This document shows, piece by piece, positions 27,462 to 39,859 of a stretch of DNA of 64,000 nt. Made by a program: the position numbers and the translations under genes. Within the stretch, counting starts at the first letter, position 1. Each line of letters starts with the position of its first letter. This DNA is from Candidatus Eiseniibacteriota bacterium (GTDB lineage Bacteria > Eisenbacteria > RBG-16-71-46 > CAIMUX01 > VGJL01), in the NCBI GenBank assembly GCA_041946735.1, contig JBHGAY010000004.1:5425-69424 (forward strand), given 5' to 3'. Below the pieces are notes generated by a model. The model had not been told where the DNA came from, did not search any database, and saw only the letters and a list, made by a program, of their open reading frames with translations.

Positions 27462-28499
27462 TCATCCTCCCAGGAGACGAATGCTCGGGAGCGACACGCT
27501 CCCCGCAGATCGCTTGCCCGTCTCGACTGCGCGCTGGAACTCTTCCGCCCCTTTCGGCTTCTGCCACACGCTCTGCCGGATCGTCTGCGCGATCTCCTCG
27601 TCGGGCGCGCCACGCCGCAGCGGGCCGCGGAGATCGACGCCGAGCTGGGAGAAGAGGCACAGGCCGAGCCGGCCCGACGCGGTCATCCGGATGCGGTTGC
27701 AGGCTCCGCAGAACGGGTCCGTCAACGAGGCGATGAAGCCGACGCCGCCGGCACCGCCCGCGAAACGGAAGCTCTCCGCGACCCGCGCGCCTCGCGCGGT
27801 CGCCGGTTCGAGCTTGCGCTCCTCCTCGATCCAGCTACGGACGCGATCGAGCGGAAGGACGAGATCCGGGCGCCATGCGGTCCCGCAGAGCGGCATGAAC
27901 TCGATGAAGCGGACCTCGATCGCGAGACGTTCGGCCATCTCGCAGAACGCGAGGACCTCGGCCCGCTCGAGATCGCGCATCGCCACGACGTTCACCTTCA
28001 CGGCGAGCCCACTCGTGAGCGCCGTCTCGATCCCCCGCAGGACGAGGTCGATCTCGTCCCGGCCGGTGATGCGCTCGAAGCGCTGCCGATCGAGGCTGTC
28101 GAGGCTCACGTTCACGGAGTCGAGACCGGCGTCGGCGAGGCGGCGCGCGAGCGCGGAGAGGCGCGCGCCGTTCGTCGTGAGCGCGAGCGAGGCGATCCCT
28201 TCGATGCAGCGAAGGCGCTCGACGAGCGGGACCAGGTCGCGGCGCAGAAGCGGCTCGCCGCCGGTGAGACGGATCTTCCGGACTCCGAGGCGCGCGAAGA
28301 TTCGGCATAGCCGCTCGATCTCTTCGGACGAAAGCAGCTCGTCGCGCGGCTGCAGCGCGAAGCCGCTCGCCGGGTGGCAGTAGGTGCAGCGGAAGTTGCA
28401 CAAATCGGTCACCGAAACGCGCAGGTAGTCGAGCCGGCGGCCGTGGCGATCCTCGAGGCACGCCGAGCCCGTAGCGCGTTCCGCCGCATCCGGTCTCAA
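27462..28499 (-). CDS. moaA: GTP 3',8-cyclase MoaA (radical SAM, molybdenum cofactor biosynthesis)
   Basis: RLDYLRVSVTDLCNFRCTYCHP (CxxxCxxC), a GG motif (RKIRLTGGEPLL) and the C-terminal second-cluster Cys triplet are present. The start is set at TTG 28499 (GGAGGAG 8 nt upstream, TTGA overlap with the delta-chaperone stop). The upstream ATG 28586 lacks an RBS. Confidence 0.85.
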   Translation of the reverse strand: MRPDAAERATGSACLEDRHGRRLDYLRVSVTDLCNFRCTYCHPASGFALQPRDELLSSEEIERLCRIFARLGVRKIRLTGGEPLLRRDLVPLVERLRCIEGIASLALTTNGARLSALARRLADAGLDSVNVSLDSLDRQRFERITGRDEIDLVLRGIETALTSGLAVKVNVVAMRDLERAEVLAFCEMAERLAIEVRFIEFMPLCGTAWRPDLVLPLDRVRSWIEEERKLEPATARGARVAESFRFAGGAGGVGFIASLTDPFCGACNRIRMTASGRLGLCLFSQLGVDLRGPLRRGAPDEEIAQTIRQSVWQKPKGAEEFQRAVETGKRSAGSVSLPSIRLLGG

Positions 28500-29143
28500 C
28501 GTTCCGGCTCCTCCGCCGGCGCGGGCAGCCGGCCGCCGGCCGCGTCGACGACCGCGACGAGAAGCGAGAGGAGGTCGCGCAGGCATGGATAGGGACAGTC
28601 CGCGGCCTTCCCGGCCGCCAGGCCGACCCAGCTCGCGACGTGCCGCTCCAGGTACTCGGATCGAGCGCGCCGGATCTGCTCGAGACGCTCGGAATCCGTC
28701 TCCGCCGCCTCCCTCTCGCATAGATAGCCGAGGAAGTCGAGCTGGTGGCGGAGATGGTCGGAGGTCTCCTCGCTCCCCGCGGAGAGGCGCAGGCCGAACG
28801 CCGCGTAGAAGAGGATATTCTCGTGCAGGATCCGGGGGACCGGATCGCGGCGCAGATAGTGCGATTCGATCAGCGGGACGTGCGGATGCGGCGCGCCCAC
28901 CTCGAACGTCTCGATGTATTGCGTCTCGTACTCCCTCGCGGACCGGGGAAGGGGCGCGGGTCCGGACAGACCGAGCCGGGCCGCGAGATCCGTCCAGGCT
29001 CCCCACGTTTCCTTCGATCGCAGGAACTCCCATTGCTCGGCGCCTGGGGGACGGAAGAGGTCGCGGACGAATCGAAAGGCCGAAGCGAGCGCGCGAGCCT
29101 CCTCGCGATCCTGCCCGTCCGTCGCCGGCGGGATGCCGCTCAC
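28496..29143 (-). CDS. TorD/NarJ-like redox enzyme maturation chaperone (delta subunit)
   Basis: GTG 29143 overlaps the gamma stop (GTGA). The all-helical product has TorD-family features (FRFVRDLF..., ETQYIETFEVGAP, LDFLGYLCEREAAE). Its position after the alpha, beta and gamma subunits is typical. Confidence 0.6.
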   Translation of the reverse strand: MSGIPPATDGQDREEARALASAFRFVRDLFRPPGAEQWEFLRSKETWGAWTDLAARLGLSGPAPLPRSAREYETQYIETFEVGAPHPHVPLIESHYLRRDPVPRILHENILFYAAFGLRLSAGSEETSDHLRHQLDFLGYLCEREAAETDSERLEQIRRARSEYLERHVASWVGLAAGKAADCPYPCLRDLLSLLVAVVDAAGGRLPAPAEEPER

Positions 29144-29891
29144 GGGGCGCCCCCGATCTCGCGCAGCTCGTACCACACGCTGTAGAACTTCAGTCCGTCC
29201 CGCTGCTGCTTCTCGCCGTCCCAAACGGCAAAGGCGATGGGCGTCCCGGCGGCGGCCGGCGGGATCTGGAAGACGCACTCCCAACCATCGGCCGTGCGTC
29301 GGACCGATCCGGGGATCGCTTGCCCCGTGCGGGTCGTCGTCCCGCGGCCGGCCGCGATCAGCCGCTCGAAGCCGCGCGTCCCGTGCCAGTAGTAGAGGTC
29401 GACCGGATGGGCCGCGTCTCCCATCATCAGCGACGGGAAGCTGGCCGCGTCCTGCGCGTTCTGGACGTTCTGCGGGAACATCACGCAGGCGGCGTCCGCA
29501 AAACGCTCGATATCGAGCGAATGCGCCTTGTAGATCGTCGAGTCGCCGGCATCGGCGATCCTTTCCGGGGACCGCGCACGGCTGTCGGTCGGATCCGCCC
29601 ACCGCATCCGCACGAAGGTCGCTTCACCATTGGAGAGCAGCGACACCGCGGCGGCGGGACGCGCGCCATCGTCCGGGGGATCTCCGACGTAGAGCGGCGG
29701 CGTGCGATTCAGGGCGACCTGCGTCTCGATCGCCCCCCGCCAGGCCGGCTCCTCTCCGGCGACGAGGCTCGCCGTCGCGGCGATCGTGCGACCGCACGGG
29801 ATCGTCGCTTCCGCGGCGGCCCGGCCGGCGACGCCCGCCAAAAGCACGAGGAGCACGAGGAGCACGAATCCGAGAAGAATGCGCTGCCGCG

Positions 29892-29895
<4 letters not shown>
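29140..29895 (-). CDS. Gamma subunit, EB_dh-like haem-b protein of type II DMSO-reductase family enzymes, Sec-secreted
   Basis: ATG 29895 overlaps the beta stop (ATGA). Signal peptide MTRQRILLGFVLLVLLVLLAGVAGRAAAEA. Size and composition are like EbdC/SerC/DdhC/pNar gamma (conserved Met/Lys haem-ligand candidates). Confidence 0.6.
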
Positions 29896-31159
<1,264 letters not shown>

Positions 31160-31163
<4 letters not shown>

Positions 31164-34156
31164 GCCCTCCCCTGCGCGCTCGAGGACGCGTCCGCCCAGG
31201 CGGCGACGGGACCGTCATAGCGCTCGATGTCGACGCGGATGTCCCGGTTGTTGCCGGTCGGCCCCCAGTAGTTGAGGGCGAAGTTCAAGTGCCCGTACCC
31301 GCCGATCAGCTGCGTCGGTTTGATCTTGATGTACGTGAGCGATTGCCACCCGCCGCGCTGGAAGCCGAGGTATCGCTCCCACCCGTGGTACATCGTCAGG
31401 CGGCCCGTCTTCTCGCCCGGCAGGATCTTCGCGCGAACGACCGCTTCCCCCTGCTTGTTGAAGATCCGCACCCAGTCGTTGTCAGCGATGCTGCGCGCCT
31501 TCGCGTCGTCAGGGTGGATATAGACGATCGGCATCCCGCGCTGCAGGCGAAGCATGTAGCGATTGTCGCGCCACGTGGAATGGATCGACCAGCGCCCGTG
31601 CGGCGTGTTCCAGTAGAATGGATACTCCTCGTCCTCCACGAGCGGCTTGTGCACCGCGAGCTCTTCGCCGAGTTCGAGAAACCAGTCGTGATCGATGTAG
31701 AACTGCTGCCGGCCGGTGAGCGTGCGCCACGGGCGCTTGAGCTCGACCTGGTGGGTGAACGGCGTGTAGGTCCGACCTTCTTCGATCTCGCTGTTCCACG
31801 TGTCGGGATCGATTCCGACGAAACGCTGCGGGCCGTCCTGCAGGCCGCGGTAGGTCATCCCCTTCGTCTCCTGCGCATGCTCGAGGATGAAGTTCACCGC
31901 GTCCTCGTCCGTCGCGAGCTTCCCTTCTCCGGACCATGCCTCGTGGAGGCGCGTGAAGTCTCGTGTCCACTGCAGGTCCGCGTCCTCGAACGGCGCGAGT
32001 CCCCGCGCCGCGGCGATCTCCGACATCTTGCTTGCGAGAGCGGAGAAGATGTCCCAGTCGGTACGCGATTCGTAGAGCGGGTCGAGCACCTTGGAGAACG
32101 GATGGAGGAATGAGTGGCAGTCGGTCGAGTTGATGTCGGTCTTCTCATAGTAGCTCGACGCGGGGAGGACGATGTCGCTGTAGAGCGCTGTCGTGTCCAT
32201 CCGGTAGTTGATGTCGACGATGAGGTCGAGATCCTTCCACAGGGATCGCAGGATCGCCTCGTTGCCCTTCGCCTGGTTCAGATAGTTCGCGCGCCACACG
32301 ATGAGGGATCTCGGCTTTCGCGGCAGATCGTGCATCGTCTCCGGCGTGAGGGAGGCGAGATCCTGCTTCGGCCAGAGCGGCATCCACTTCTTCCGCACCG
32401 ACTCGAGGATCCACGACTCGATCGGGCGTCCCTCGATCGGATGGGGGTCGCTCTGGCGCGAATGGAGGTAGCTCCAGAGCGTCATGTTCTGCATGCGCTG
32501 CTTCTTCGCCCCCTCGGGGAAGGCGAGCGCCTTGAAACCATGCTCCGGCCAGATCCGCTCCTGCCCGACGTAATGGTTGAAGCCGCCGCCGTTCTTGCCG
32601 ACGTTCCCTGTGAGCGCGACGATCAGGATCATCGCCCGGTTCGCGAGGTCGTTGTGGTACCAGTGGTTCGTGCCGGCGCCGTGGATGATCATCGCCGGCT
32701 TGCGGGTGAACAGGCGCGCGAACTCGACGAGATCCGCTTCGGCGATCCCGCACGCCTCGGCGGCGCGGGCAGGCTCGTAGGCCGGGTCGGACAGCATCTC
32801 CTTCACACGGGCGAAGACCGTGGTCACCTCGGCCGTCGCGCCGTCGGCCAGCCGGACGGTCCAGACTCCTTCGAGATCCGGATCGACCTGCCCCAGCTCG
32901 ATGCTTCGCGCCGTCGACCCCATGCTGCCCGGCACCTGGGCCACCCGCCCGCTCCGCGCGTCGTGCACGTAGAAGACCGCGTCCGGATCGTGCGTGAGCT
33001 TCGGCGGCTGGCTCGCAGGCGCCGTCGGATCGCTCACCTGCGATGCCGTCTTCTTCCGCTTCTCCCACGCCTCGACCTTCGGCTCGCTCCCCCGCTCGGC
33101 CGGGTCGAGATCACTCTCGCGGAGAAGCTTGCCCGTGTCGCGGCGCACGAGCAGCGGCAGGTCTGTCTGCTCCTTGATGTAGGGAATGTCGATCGCCCCG
33201 TTCTCGACGAGCCAGCGCGAGACGGCGTTGGCGAGGATCACGTCGCTCCCCGGGCGGATCCCGAGGAACAGGTCGCTATGGATCGAGCTGGAGTTGTAGT
33301 CGGGCGACACGCTCGCGATCGTGGCGCCGTTGTAGCGCGCTTCCCAGGCGAAGTGCGCGTCCGGGATGCGCGTCGCGTTGATGTTCGATCCCCAGAGGAC
33401 GATGTGCTTCGCGTGGAACCAGTCCGCGCATTCGCACGACTCCGTCTGGACCCCCCAGGTGATCGGTTCGCCGGGCGGGAGATCGCAGTACCAGTCGTAG
33501 AAGGAGCAGAAGACGCCGCCGATGTAATGCGCGAGCCGCGAGCCGGCCGAGAACGAGACCGGGGACATCGCGGGAATCACCGAGAAGAAGGTGTTCGTGT
33601 CGGGACCGTGCTGGTAGATGTTGTCGAGGAGCTTCGAAGCGATCTGCTCGAGCGCCTCGTCCCAGCTCGCCCGTCGCCACTTTCCCTCGCCCCGCTCGCC
33701 GGCCCGGATCAACGGATACTTCAGCCTCTGCGCGCCATACACGTACTCGACGAAGCAGGCTCCCTTCTGGCAGCCGCGCGGGTTGTAGTCGGGCACGTCC
33801 TGGCTGATTCGCGGATAGTCGGCCGCCTGCTCCTCGCGGAGCATGATGCCGTCCTTCACGTAGACCTTCCAGGAGCACGAGCCGGTGCAGTTGGCGGAGT
33901 GCGTGGATCGCACGACCTTGTCGTAAGTGAAGCGGCCGCGGTAGAGGTTCTCCCAGCCCCGGTACGGATAGGTCCGCAGGGGATCGACGTCGACGACCTG
34001 GAACGACTCGAGCGCGCGCGTCGGCCGGCCGAGGAAGCCGAGGATTCCGATCCCCGCGCCCGCCGCGCCGACCTTCAAGAAGCCTCGCCGGTCGATCCGC
34101 TTGCCCTCGCCCACGGGGGCCTCCTTCTTCTTCCTGTTGTCCTGTCCGTCCTTCAT
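31160..34156 (-). CDS. Alpha subunit, Tat-exported NarG-like molybdopterin oxidoreductase (type II DMSO-reductase family; pNar/Nxr-like)
   Basis: ATG 34156 overlaps the cytochrome c stop (ATGA). Twin-arginine leader KRIDRRGFLKVGAAGAGIGILG. VRSTHSANCTGSCSWKVYVKDG...YPRISQDVPDYNPRGCQKGACFVEYVYGAQRLKYP is near-identical in pattern to the NarG FS0-binding region. The product is about 998 aa. Confidence 0.85.
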
Positions 34157-35742
34157 TGCGCGGCCGCCTGTGTCGTCGTCGCTGTCGCCTCCGCGGTCGC
34201 CTCCGCCTTCGCGGTCGCCGGCGCTCCGCCTGCAGCAATCCCGAGCGTCCGGACATAGGAAACGACGTCGCGGATGTCCGCCGGTGAGAGCGCGCCGCGT
34301 GCCCCCCATGCCGGCATCGCGGTGTTCCGCCTGCCCTGGGTGATCGTCTCGATGAGGAAGGCGTCGCTCGCGTACGCCTGGAACGCCGGGGAATCGAGCG
34401 TCGGCGCGACGCCGCCCCGCCCGGCCGGGCCATGGCAACCGGCGCAGTTCTTCACGAAGAGAGACCGCCCGCGTCCCGGATCTCCGATCGGCCCCGCTGT
34501 CGCTTTCATCGGAATCTCCGAGCCGCCTGCCTCGCTGGCGGCCGGGCGGATCTCCTCGCCCGCCACCTCGCGACCGAGCACGAACGAGACGATCTGGCGG
34601 ATGTCCTCCTCCGACATCCCCCCGGCCGCGAGACCCCAAGCCGGCATGATCGTTCCCCGGCGCCCGCTGCGGATCATCGCCGCGACGTACGCCGGGCTCG
34701 CCGCCGCCTTGAACGATTCCGCGCGTACGGCCGGGATGAACGAGCGGAAGAACTTGTCGTAGCGCCCCAGCTCCCCCGTGTCGTGGCACGTGGAGCAGAA
34801 ACGGTTGTACAGATCGGCGCCGGTCATCGGCGCTGGATTTGCGGACGCATAGATCATGAGATGCTTCTCGGGAGTCAGATACGAACCGGGCAGGTCGCGC
34901 TGCTGCTGCGCGAGGAGGAAGGTAGTCAACGCCTCGGTCTCGCCCCGCGACAGCCCGGGACACGGCATCTGGCTCCCGGCGACAACCGCCTGCGGGTCGG
35001 CGAAGTGTTCGATCAACCACTCCGGGACGGTGTGCGGTCCCTGGATGCCGGCCATCGGGAGATTCCCGCGGACCTTCAGCCCCTCGTTGTCGAGAGCCGG
35101 CCCCAGGCTTCCTCCGCGCCCGCCGAGCTTGTGGCAGGACCTGCAGCCCTTCGCCTCGAAGAGGGCCGCGCCGGCCGCGTACGTCTCTCCTCCGTTCTCA
35201 GCCACTTCGCGCGCTGCGTGGCAGACGCCGCACGACGACTGCGTCAGCTCGAGCGGCAGGAGGGGATAGTCCCAGTGTCGGTCCTCCGCCTTCGCGTCCT
35301 CGAAGGACATCGCGCGTCCCTGCCCGCGATGGCAGATCGTGCAGCCGAACCGGTTCGGATCGTGCCACTGGAGATAGGCCCCCGGATGGACCCGGTGGGG
35401 ATTCGCCACGTCGGTCATCCGCGGATCGTCGACCCCGTTGTGGCAGGAGACGCATCGGTCGATCGTCCCGATCTCCGGCAGGACGACCTGGCGCATTTCC
35501 ACATGGAAGTCGTTCGCGATCTTCCGTCCCCGGTCATCGGTCGCCTTCGCGCTCAGAATGCGCTGGTACTCCCGCTGGTAATGCCTCCAGGGATTCCACA
35601 CGTTCTCGCGGAGCGCGGCAGCGCCGAGCAAGGCGATCGTCAGGACGCTCATCGAGAGCAGCGCGAGCTTCACACGCCGGTCCCGCCGCTCCGCCTCCCG
35701 GCGCGTCGCCTGCGAGATCCGGGAGCCGTCCTTCTCGTTCAT
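34153..35742 (-). CDS. Membrane-anchored hexahaem c-type cytochrome
   Basis: ATG 35742. An N-terminal TM helix, then six CxxCH motifs: CVSCH, CTICH, CGVCH, CRSCH, CSTCH, CAGCH. Confidence 0.8.
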   Translation of the reverse strand: MNEKDGSRISQATRREAERRDRRVKLALLSMSVLTIALLGAAALRENVWNPWRHYQREYQRILSAKATDDRGRKIANDFHVEMRQVVLPEIGTIDRCVSCHNGVDDPRMTDVANPHRVHPGAYLQWHDPNRFGCTICHRGQGRAMSFEDAKAEDRHWDYPLLPLELTQSSCGVCHAAREVAENGGETYAAGAALFEAKGCRSCHKLGGRGGSLGPALDNEGLKVRGNLPMAGIQGPHTVPEWLIEHFADPQAVVAGSQMPCPGLSRGETEALTTFLLAQQQRDLPGSYLTPEKHLMIYASANPAPMTGADLYNRFCSTCHDTGELGRYDKFFRSFIPAVRAESFKAAASPAYVAAMIRSGRRGTIMPAWGLAAGGMSEEDIRQIVSFVLGREVAGEEIRPAASEAGGSEIPMKATAGPIGDPGRGRSLFVKNCAGCHGPAGRGGVAPTLDSPAFQAYASDAFLIETITQGRRNTAMPAWGARGALSPADIRDVVSYVRTLGIAAGGAPATAKAEATAEATATTTQAAAQ

Positions 35743-35776
35743 CCTCGATCCCCCTCGCGCCGGCGCAGCCTCGGCA

Positions 35777-37405
35777 TCAGTGAACCGGCCATGACGACTT
35801 GCTCCAATAGAAGCCCCAGTTGGGACCGCGCAGCTCCGATCCCACGAAAGTCAGGACGACGAAGCCGACAAGGAAGCAGAGGAACAGCGCGATCGCCGCC
35901 GCGCGCGTCGATCCGGTGCGGTGCAGGATCGCGAGGGACCATCCGGCGTAGAGGGCGGTGAGGATCGTCCCGGGATTGAGCGCGATGATCACGATCTGCG
36001 GAATCGACGGGAACCAGGTGCGCAGCCATCCGAACCGCACGGGGATCGCGACGGCGAGCACGGCGGCGACGAGCGCGAAGAGCGCGCTCTGCGCGGCGAT
36101 GCGCCTGCCCCGCGGCCCGCTCAGCACGACGCCCGCCTGCTCGCGCTCCCGGTCGAGGAACGGAATCAGCCCGAGCCCCAGGATCGCGATCGCCGGAATC
36201 ACCATCCCGCCGACGAAGGCCGAGTAGGAAACCATCTCCTGGAGCCCGAGGAAATACCAGGGAGCCTTCGCCGGATTCTCCGGAACGGCGGGATTCGCGA
36301 GCTCCTTCAGCGGCGCGTTCCAGAACAAGCCGAGGACGAGACAGGCGGCTGCGCAGGCCATGAGGACGAAGAGCTCCGCGCGCAGCACGTACGGCCACGC
36401 CGGAATCGTGTCCGCGGGATCGACGTTTACCGCGGGAGTGCGGTCACGCACGATGCACATGAGGCCGTAGGTCTTTCGCGGCGCCTCGCTCGGCGCCGCG
36501 GGCACGCTCCCCGGAATCGCCGAGCCCTTGCCCGCCGCCGTCGGCGGCCCGTCGGGACGGCCCAGCCCCCCGTCCTTGCGGATTCGCCAGAAGTGGATCC
36601 CCGCCACCATCGCGAGGGCGAGCGGCAGCACCATGACATGGAGCAGGTAGAAGCGGATCAGCGCCTCTTGCCCGACCGCGTTGGCGCCCAACAGCAATCG
36701 TTTCTGGAACCCGCCCGGATCGAAGAAGCCGGTGATCCCGATCGCGTCGGTCAGTTCGCGGGGGGAACCGGCGATGTTCGCGCCGATCGTGATAGCCCAG
36801 TAGGCGAGCTGGTCCCAGGGGAGAAGGTACCCGGTGAAGGAGAGTCCGAGCGTCAGCACGAAGAGCACCATGCCGACGAGCCAGTTGAACTCGCGCGGCT
36901 TCTTGTAGCTCGCCGTGAAGAACACCCGAACCATGTGCACGAGGACGGTCACGACCATCAGGTGCGCCGCCCAGCGGTGGATGTTGCGGATGAAGCGGCC
37001 GGTCGGCACGACGTAATGGATGTCCTTGATGCTGTCGTACGCCTGGTCGATCGAAGGCTTGTAGTACACCATCAACAGGATCCCGGTCGCGACGAGGATG
37101 AGGAAGAACGAGAGCGAGGCCATCCCCATCGCCCATGTGGTCGAGAAGCGCAGCGTGCGAACATTGACGCGCGTGGAATGAAGGTGGAGGAAGAGGTTCG
37201 AGAAGATCGTCTGCGACCGCGTCCGGTCCGTCTCGGGACGCCCGTGACGGAAGAAGGAGTCCCGCAGGTTTTCGGGAAGGCGGCGCAGGTTCTCCACGAA
37301 CGGCCCGAACCCGCCGTCATGCTCGCGCTCGCCGTCGCGGCCGCGTTCGCCGTCACGCTGGCGGTCGCGGTCACGCTCGCGGCCGCGCGACTCGATCGTC
37401 GCCAT
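35777..37405 (-). CDS. Cytochrome b (fused b6 + subunit IV type) of a bc-like quinol oxidising complex
   Basis: ATG 37405 with GAGGAGGAG RBS. HRWAAHLMVVTVLVHMVRVFFTASYKKPREFNWLVGMVLFVLTLGLSFTGYLLPWDQLAYW carries the haem-ligand His pairs of cytochrome b. A C-terminal SUIV-like half is fused. The N-terminal extension is RD/RE-rich. Confidence 0.85.
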   Translation of the reverse strand: MATIESRGRERDRDRQRDGERGRDGEREHDGGFGPFVENLRRLPENLRDSFFRHGRPETDRTRSQTIFSNLFLHLHSTRVNVRTLRFSTTWAMGMASLSFFLILVATGILLMVYYKPSIDQAYDSIKDIHYVVPTGRFIRNIHRWAAHLMVVTVLVHMVRVFFTASYKKPREFNWLVGMVLFVLTLGLSFTGYLLPWDQLAYWAITIGANIAGSPRELTDAIGITGFFDPGGFQKRLLLGANAVGQEALIRFYLLHVMVLPLALAMVAGIHFWRIRKDGGLGRPDGPPTAAGKGSAIPGSVPAAPSEAPRKTYGLMCIVRDRTPAVNVDPADTIPAWPYVLRAELFVLMACAAACLVLGLFWNAPLKELANPAVPENPAKAPWYFLGLQEMVSYSAFVGGMVIPAIAILGLGLIPFLDREREQAGVVLSGPRGRRIAAQSALFALVAAVLAVAIPVRFGWLRTWFPSIPQIVIIALNPGTILTALYAGWSLAILHRTGSTRAAAIALFLCFLVGFVVLTFVGSELRGPNWGFYWSKSSWPVH

Positions 37406-37421
37406 GATCTCTCCTCCTCGC

Positions 37422-37889
37422 CTACGCCTTGTAGAAGGTCATCGGAGGGACTTCCCGCTCCGCGTCGACCAACAGAGACCCGTCCGCCGCCTGCGACACT
37501 TCCAGCCAGCGCAGCGGGCGCGGCGCCGGGCCGCGCCGCAGCTCGCCGTCCGGCCCGAAGCGCGACCCATGGCAGGGGCAGGCGAATCCATCCTCCGATT
37601 CGCCTACGATGCATCCGAGATGCGTGCAGACGAGCGACAGCGCCGCGATGCCCCGCGCGTCGGAGATCAGCCGGACGTTGCGCTCGGGAACGACACGCGC
37701 CGTGCCGGCGGGGAACTCCTCCGGCCTGCCGACACGGAAGCGGCTTCCCGCCTCCGGCAGCACGCTCGGCTTCGGGAGCCGGGCCATCCCGATCACAGCG
37801 CCAAAGATGGCGAGCGCGGCGCTCCAGGAGCCGGCAAGGCCGAGGAAGTCGCGGCGAGGGATCGGTTCGGGTTCTAGGCGATGCGACAT
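37422..37889 (-). CDS. Rieske [2Fe-2S] protein
   Basis: ATG 37889 with AGGAG upstream. RRDFLGLAGSW Tat-like anchor. CTHLGC ... CPCHGS Rieske boxes. Confidence 0.8.
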   Translation of the reverse strand: MSHRLEPEPIPRRDFLGLAGSWSAALAIFGAVIGMARLPKPSVLPEAGSRFRVGRPEEFPAGTARVVPERNVRLISDARGIAALSLVCTHLGCIVGESEDGFACPCHGSRFGPDGELRRGPAPRPLRWLEVSQAADGSLLVDAEREVPPMTFYKA

Positions 37890-39859
37890 TTCGGGTTCTC
37901 CTGGAAATGGAACCGCTCCATCGTGATCGCTCCGGTCGGACAGCGCTCCGCGCACAGCCCGCATCGGATGCAGATCGTCTCGTCCTTGAGGATCGCGGAG
38001 GCCCGGTCCGGTTCCGTCCCGTCGAGCTGAGCCTCGAGGACGGGCGCGAGCGAGACCTCGCCGGTCAGGCGGTCGACGGAGACGATCCTCAGGCAGAGCT
38101 CCGGACAGACGTCGACGCAGCCCCCGCACAGGATGCACTTGTCGCCGTCGAAGATCGTGTTGACGCCGCAGTCGAGGCAGCGCGATGCCTCGCGGCGCGC
38201 CTGCTCGGCCGAGTACCCGATCTCCACCGGAGCCGCCTGCGAGCGGAGCCTCTCTGCAACCGGGGCGGCCGGTAGCGCGACACGGCGGATCGCTTCGTAC
38301 CCCGGCTCGCGCGCGTAGTCGGGAATCCCCAAGTGCAGCTCGAGCGCCTCTGCTCCGATCGCCCGGCCGGTCGCCGCCTCGTAGATCGCCCGCGCGACGG
38401 CCTTCCCCGACGCGACGGCGTGGATCAGTAGTTTCGGGCCGTAGGCCAGATCTCCGGCCACGAAAACGTCCGGCGCGTTCGTTCGCCCCGTCACCGGATC
38501 GCAGGCGAGAAATCCGCGCGGGGATAGCTCCAGCCCGTCTCGCTGCGGATCGACGAAGCCGACGTCGATCCCCTGCCCGATGCTCGTCAGGACCGTGTCG
38601 CACTCGATCGTTTCGGTCTGCGTCTCGTCGAATACCGGAGCGAAGCGTCGATTCTCGTCGAAGACCCGCAGGCACTTCTTGAACACCACGCCGCGCAGGC
38701 GCCCGGAGGCGTCCTTGAGGATCTCGGATGGGCCCAGCCCGTTGCGGCGCACGATCCCCTCCTCGTCCCCCTCGAGGATCTCGACGTCGTCGGCCGGCAT
38801 TTCCTCGAGAGACTCGAGGGAGCAGAGCCAGACCTTGCCGGGCGCGCGGCCGCCGGGACCCGCCGCTTCCATCTCGCGCTCGATCTCGCGCAGCGCGGTG
38901 CGCGCTGCGTCACTCGCGATCTGGCGAAGGACGGTGCGGCCCACGTCGTAGGCGACGTTCCCTCCACCGATCACGACGACCCGGTTGCCGATCGCGGGCG
39001 GACGGCCGAGGGAAACGTCACGCAGGAACTCCACGCCTCCGAGGACGCCGGCGGCGTCGGCGCCCGGGATCGGGAGCGCGCGGGATCGCTTCGCTCCCAC
39101 CGCGATCACGACCGCGTCGTGGCGCGCGCGCAACTCCGCGAAGGTGAGATCCCGGCCGACCTGGCAGTTCGTGACCGCCTTGACACCCATCTCCAGAATC
39201 ACCTCGACCTCGGCGCGGATCAGATCGCGCGGGAGTCGATACTCCGGCACGCCGACCGCAAGCATCCCGGCGAGGACCGGCTCCATCTCGTAGATCGTGA
39301 CCGCGAAGCCGAGCAGCGCCAGATCGTGCGCCGCTGCGAGGCCGGCCGGACCGCTGCCGATGATGCCGGCGGAGCGGCCGGAGACCGGAGGAACGTCTCC
39401 GGAAAGGAGGGACTGCAGAAGGGGGAGGATCTCGTCGACGTCCCGGCAGGGCTGCGGCGCATGGCGACGGGCGGCCTCTTTCAGGAGCTCGATCAACGAA
39501 CGGCCGGTGTGGGGCGTCGATGCGGGCACCGCCTCGACGCCGTACTTCTCGCAGACGAAACGTTTGAGGGCGCGGATGGCGATCGGCCGGTCCAGTTCGC
39601 CGCGGCGGCACGCAACCTCGCACGGCGCGCCGCAGATCCGCCCACAGATGGAGGCGAGAGGGTTCGGCCCTCGGGCGATCAGGTAGGCCAGCTCGTCGTC
39701 CCCGGCCGCAATGGCGCGCACGTAGCCGCGGGCGTCGGTGTGCACGGGGCAGGCCGCCTGGCATTTGATCTGCTCCTTCCAATAGGAGAGATCCGGCACG
39801 CGGACCTCGGCGCCGTTCGAGGAGTCGATCGGCTCCCAGCCGTTGCCGTCGCGGCTCAC
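37874..39859 (-). CDS. GltD-like NAD(P)H-dependent FAD oxidoreductase with N-terminal and C-terminal 4Fe-4S ferredoxin domains
   Basis: GTG 39859 overlaps the Rrf2 stop (GTGA). The N-terminus CQAACPVHTDARGY...CGRICGAPCEVAC is as in glutamate synthase small subunit-like proteins. AGIIGSGPAGLAAA (FAD) and VVVIGGGNVAYD (NAD(P)) are present. The C-terminal CILCGGCVDVCP and CIRCGLCAERCP. Confidence 0.75.
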   Translation of the reverse strand: MSRDGNGWEPIDSSNGAEVRVPDLSYWKEQIKCQAACPVHTDARGYVRAIAAGDDELAYLIARGPNPLASICGRICGAPCEVACRRGELDRPIAIRALKRFVCEKYGVEAVPASTPHTGRSLIELLKEAARRHAPQPCRDVDEILPLLQSLLSGDVPPVSGRSAGIIGSGPAGLAAAHDLALLGFAVTIYEMEPVLAGMLAVGVPEYRLPRDLIRAEVEVILEMGVKAVTNCQVGRDLTFAELRARHDAVVIAVGAKRSRALPIPGADAAGVLGGVEFLRDVSLGRPPAIGNRVVVIGGGNVAYDVGRTVLRQIASDAARTALREIEREMEAAGPGGRAPGKVWLCSLESLEEMPADDVEILEGDEEGIVRRNGLGPSEILKDASGRLRGVVFKKCLRVFDENRRFAPVFDETQTETIECDTVLTSIGQGIDVGFVDPQRDGLELSPRGFLACDPVTGRTNAPDVFVAGDLAYGPKLLIHAVASGKAVARAIYEAATGRAIGAEALELHLGIPDYAREPGYEAIRRVALPAAPVAERLRSQAAPVEIGYSAEQARREASRCLDCGVNTIFDGDKCILCGGCVDVCPELCLRIVSVDRLTGEVSLAPVLEAQLDGTEPDRASAILKDETICIRCGLCAERCPTGAITMERFHFQENPKCRIA

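Noticed and set aside
35921-38275. 784-aa plus ORF, also 31289..34258 (+) and 41422..42609 (+)
   Set aside because: They are antisense to cytochrome b/Rieske, the NarG-like alpha subunit and PNGase F respectively. No motifs were found.
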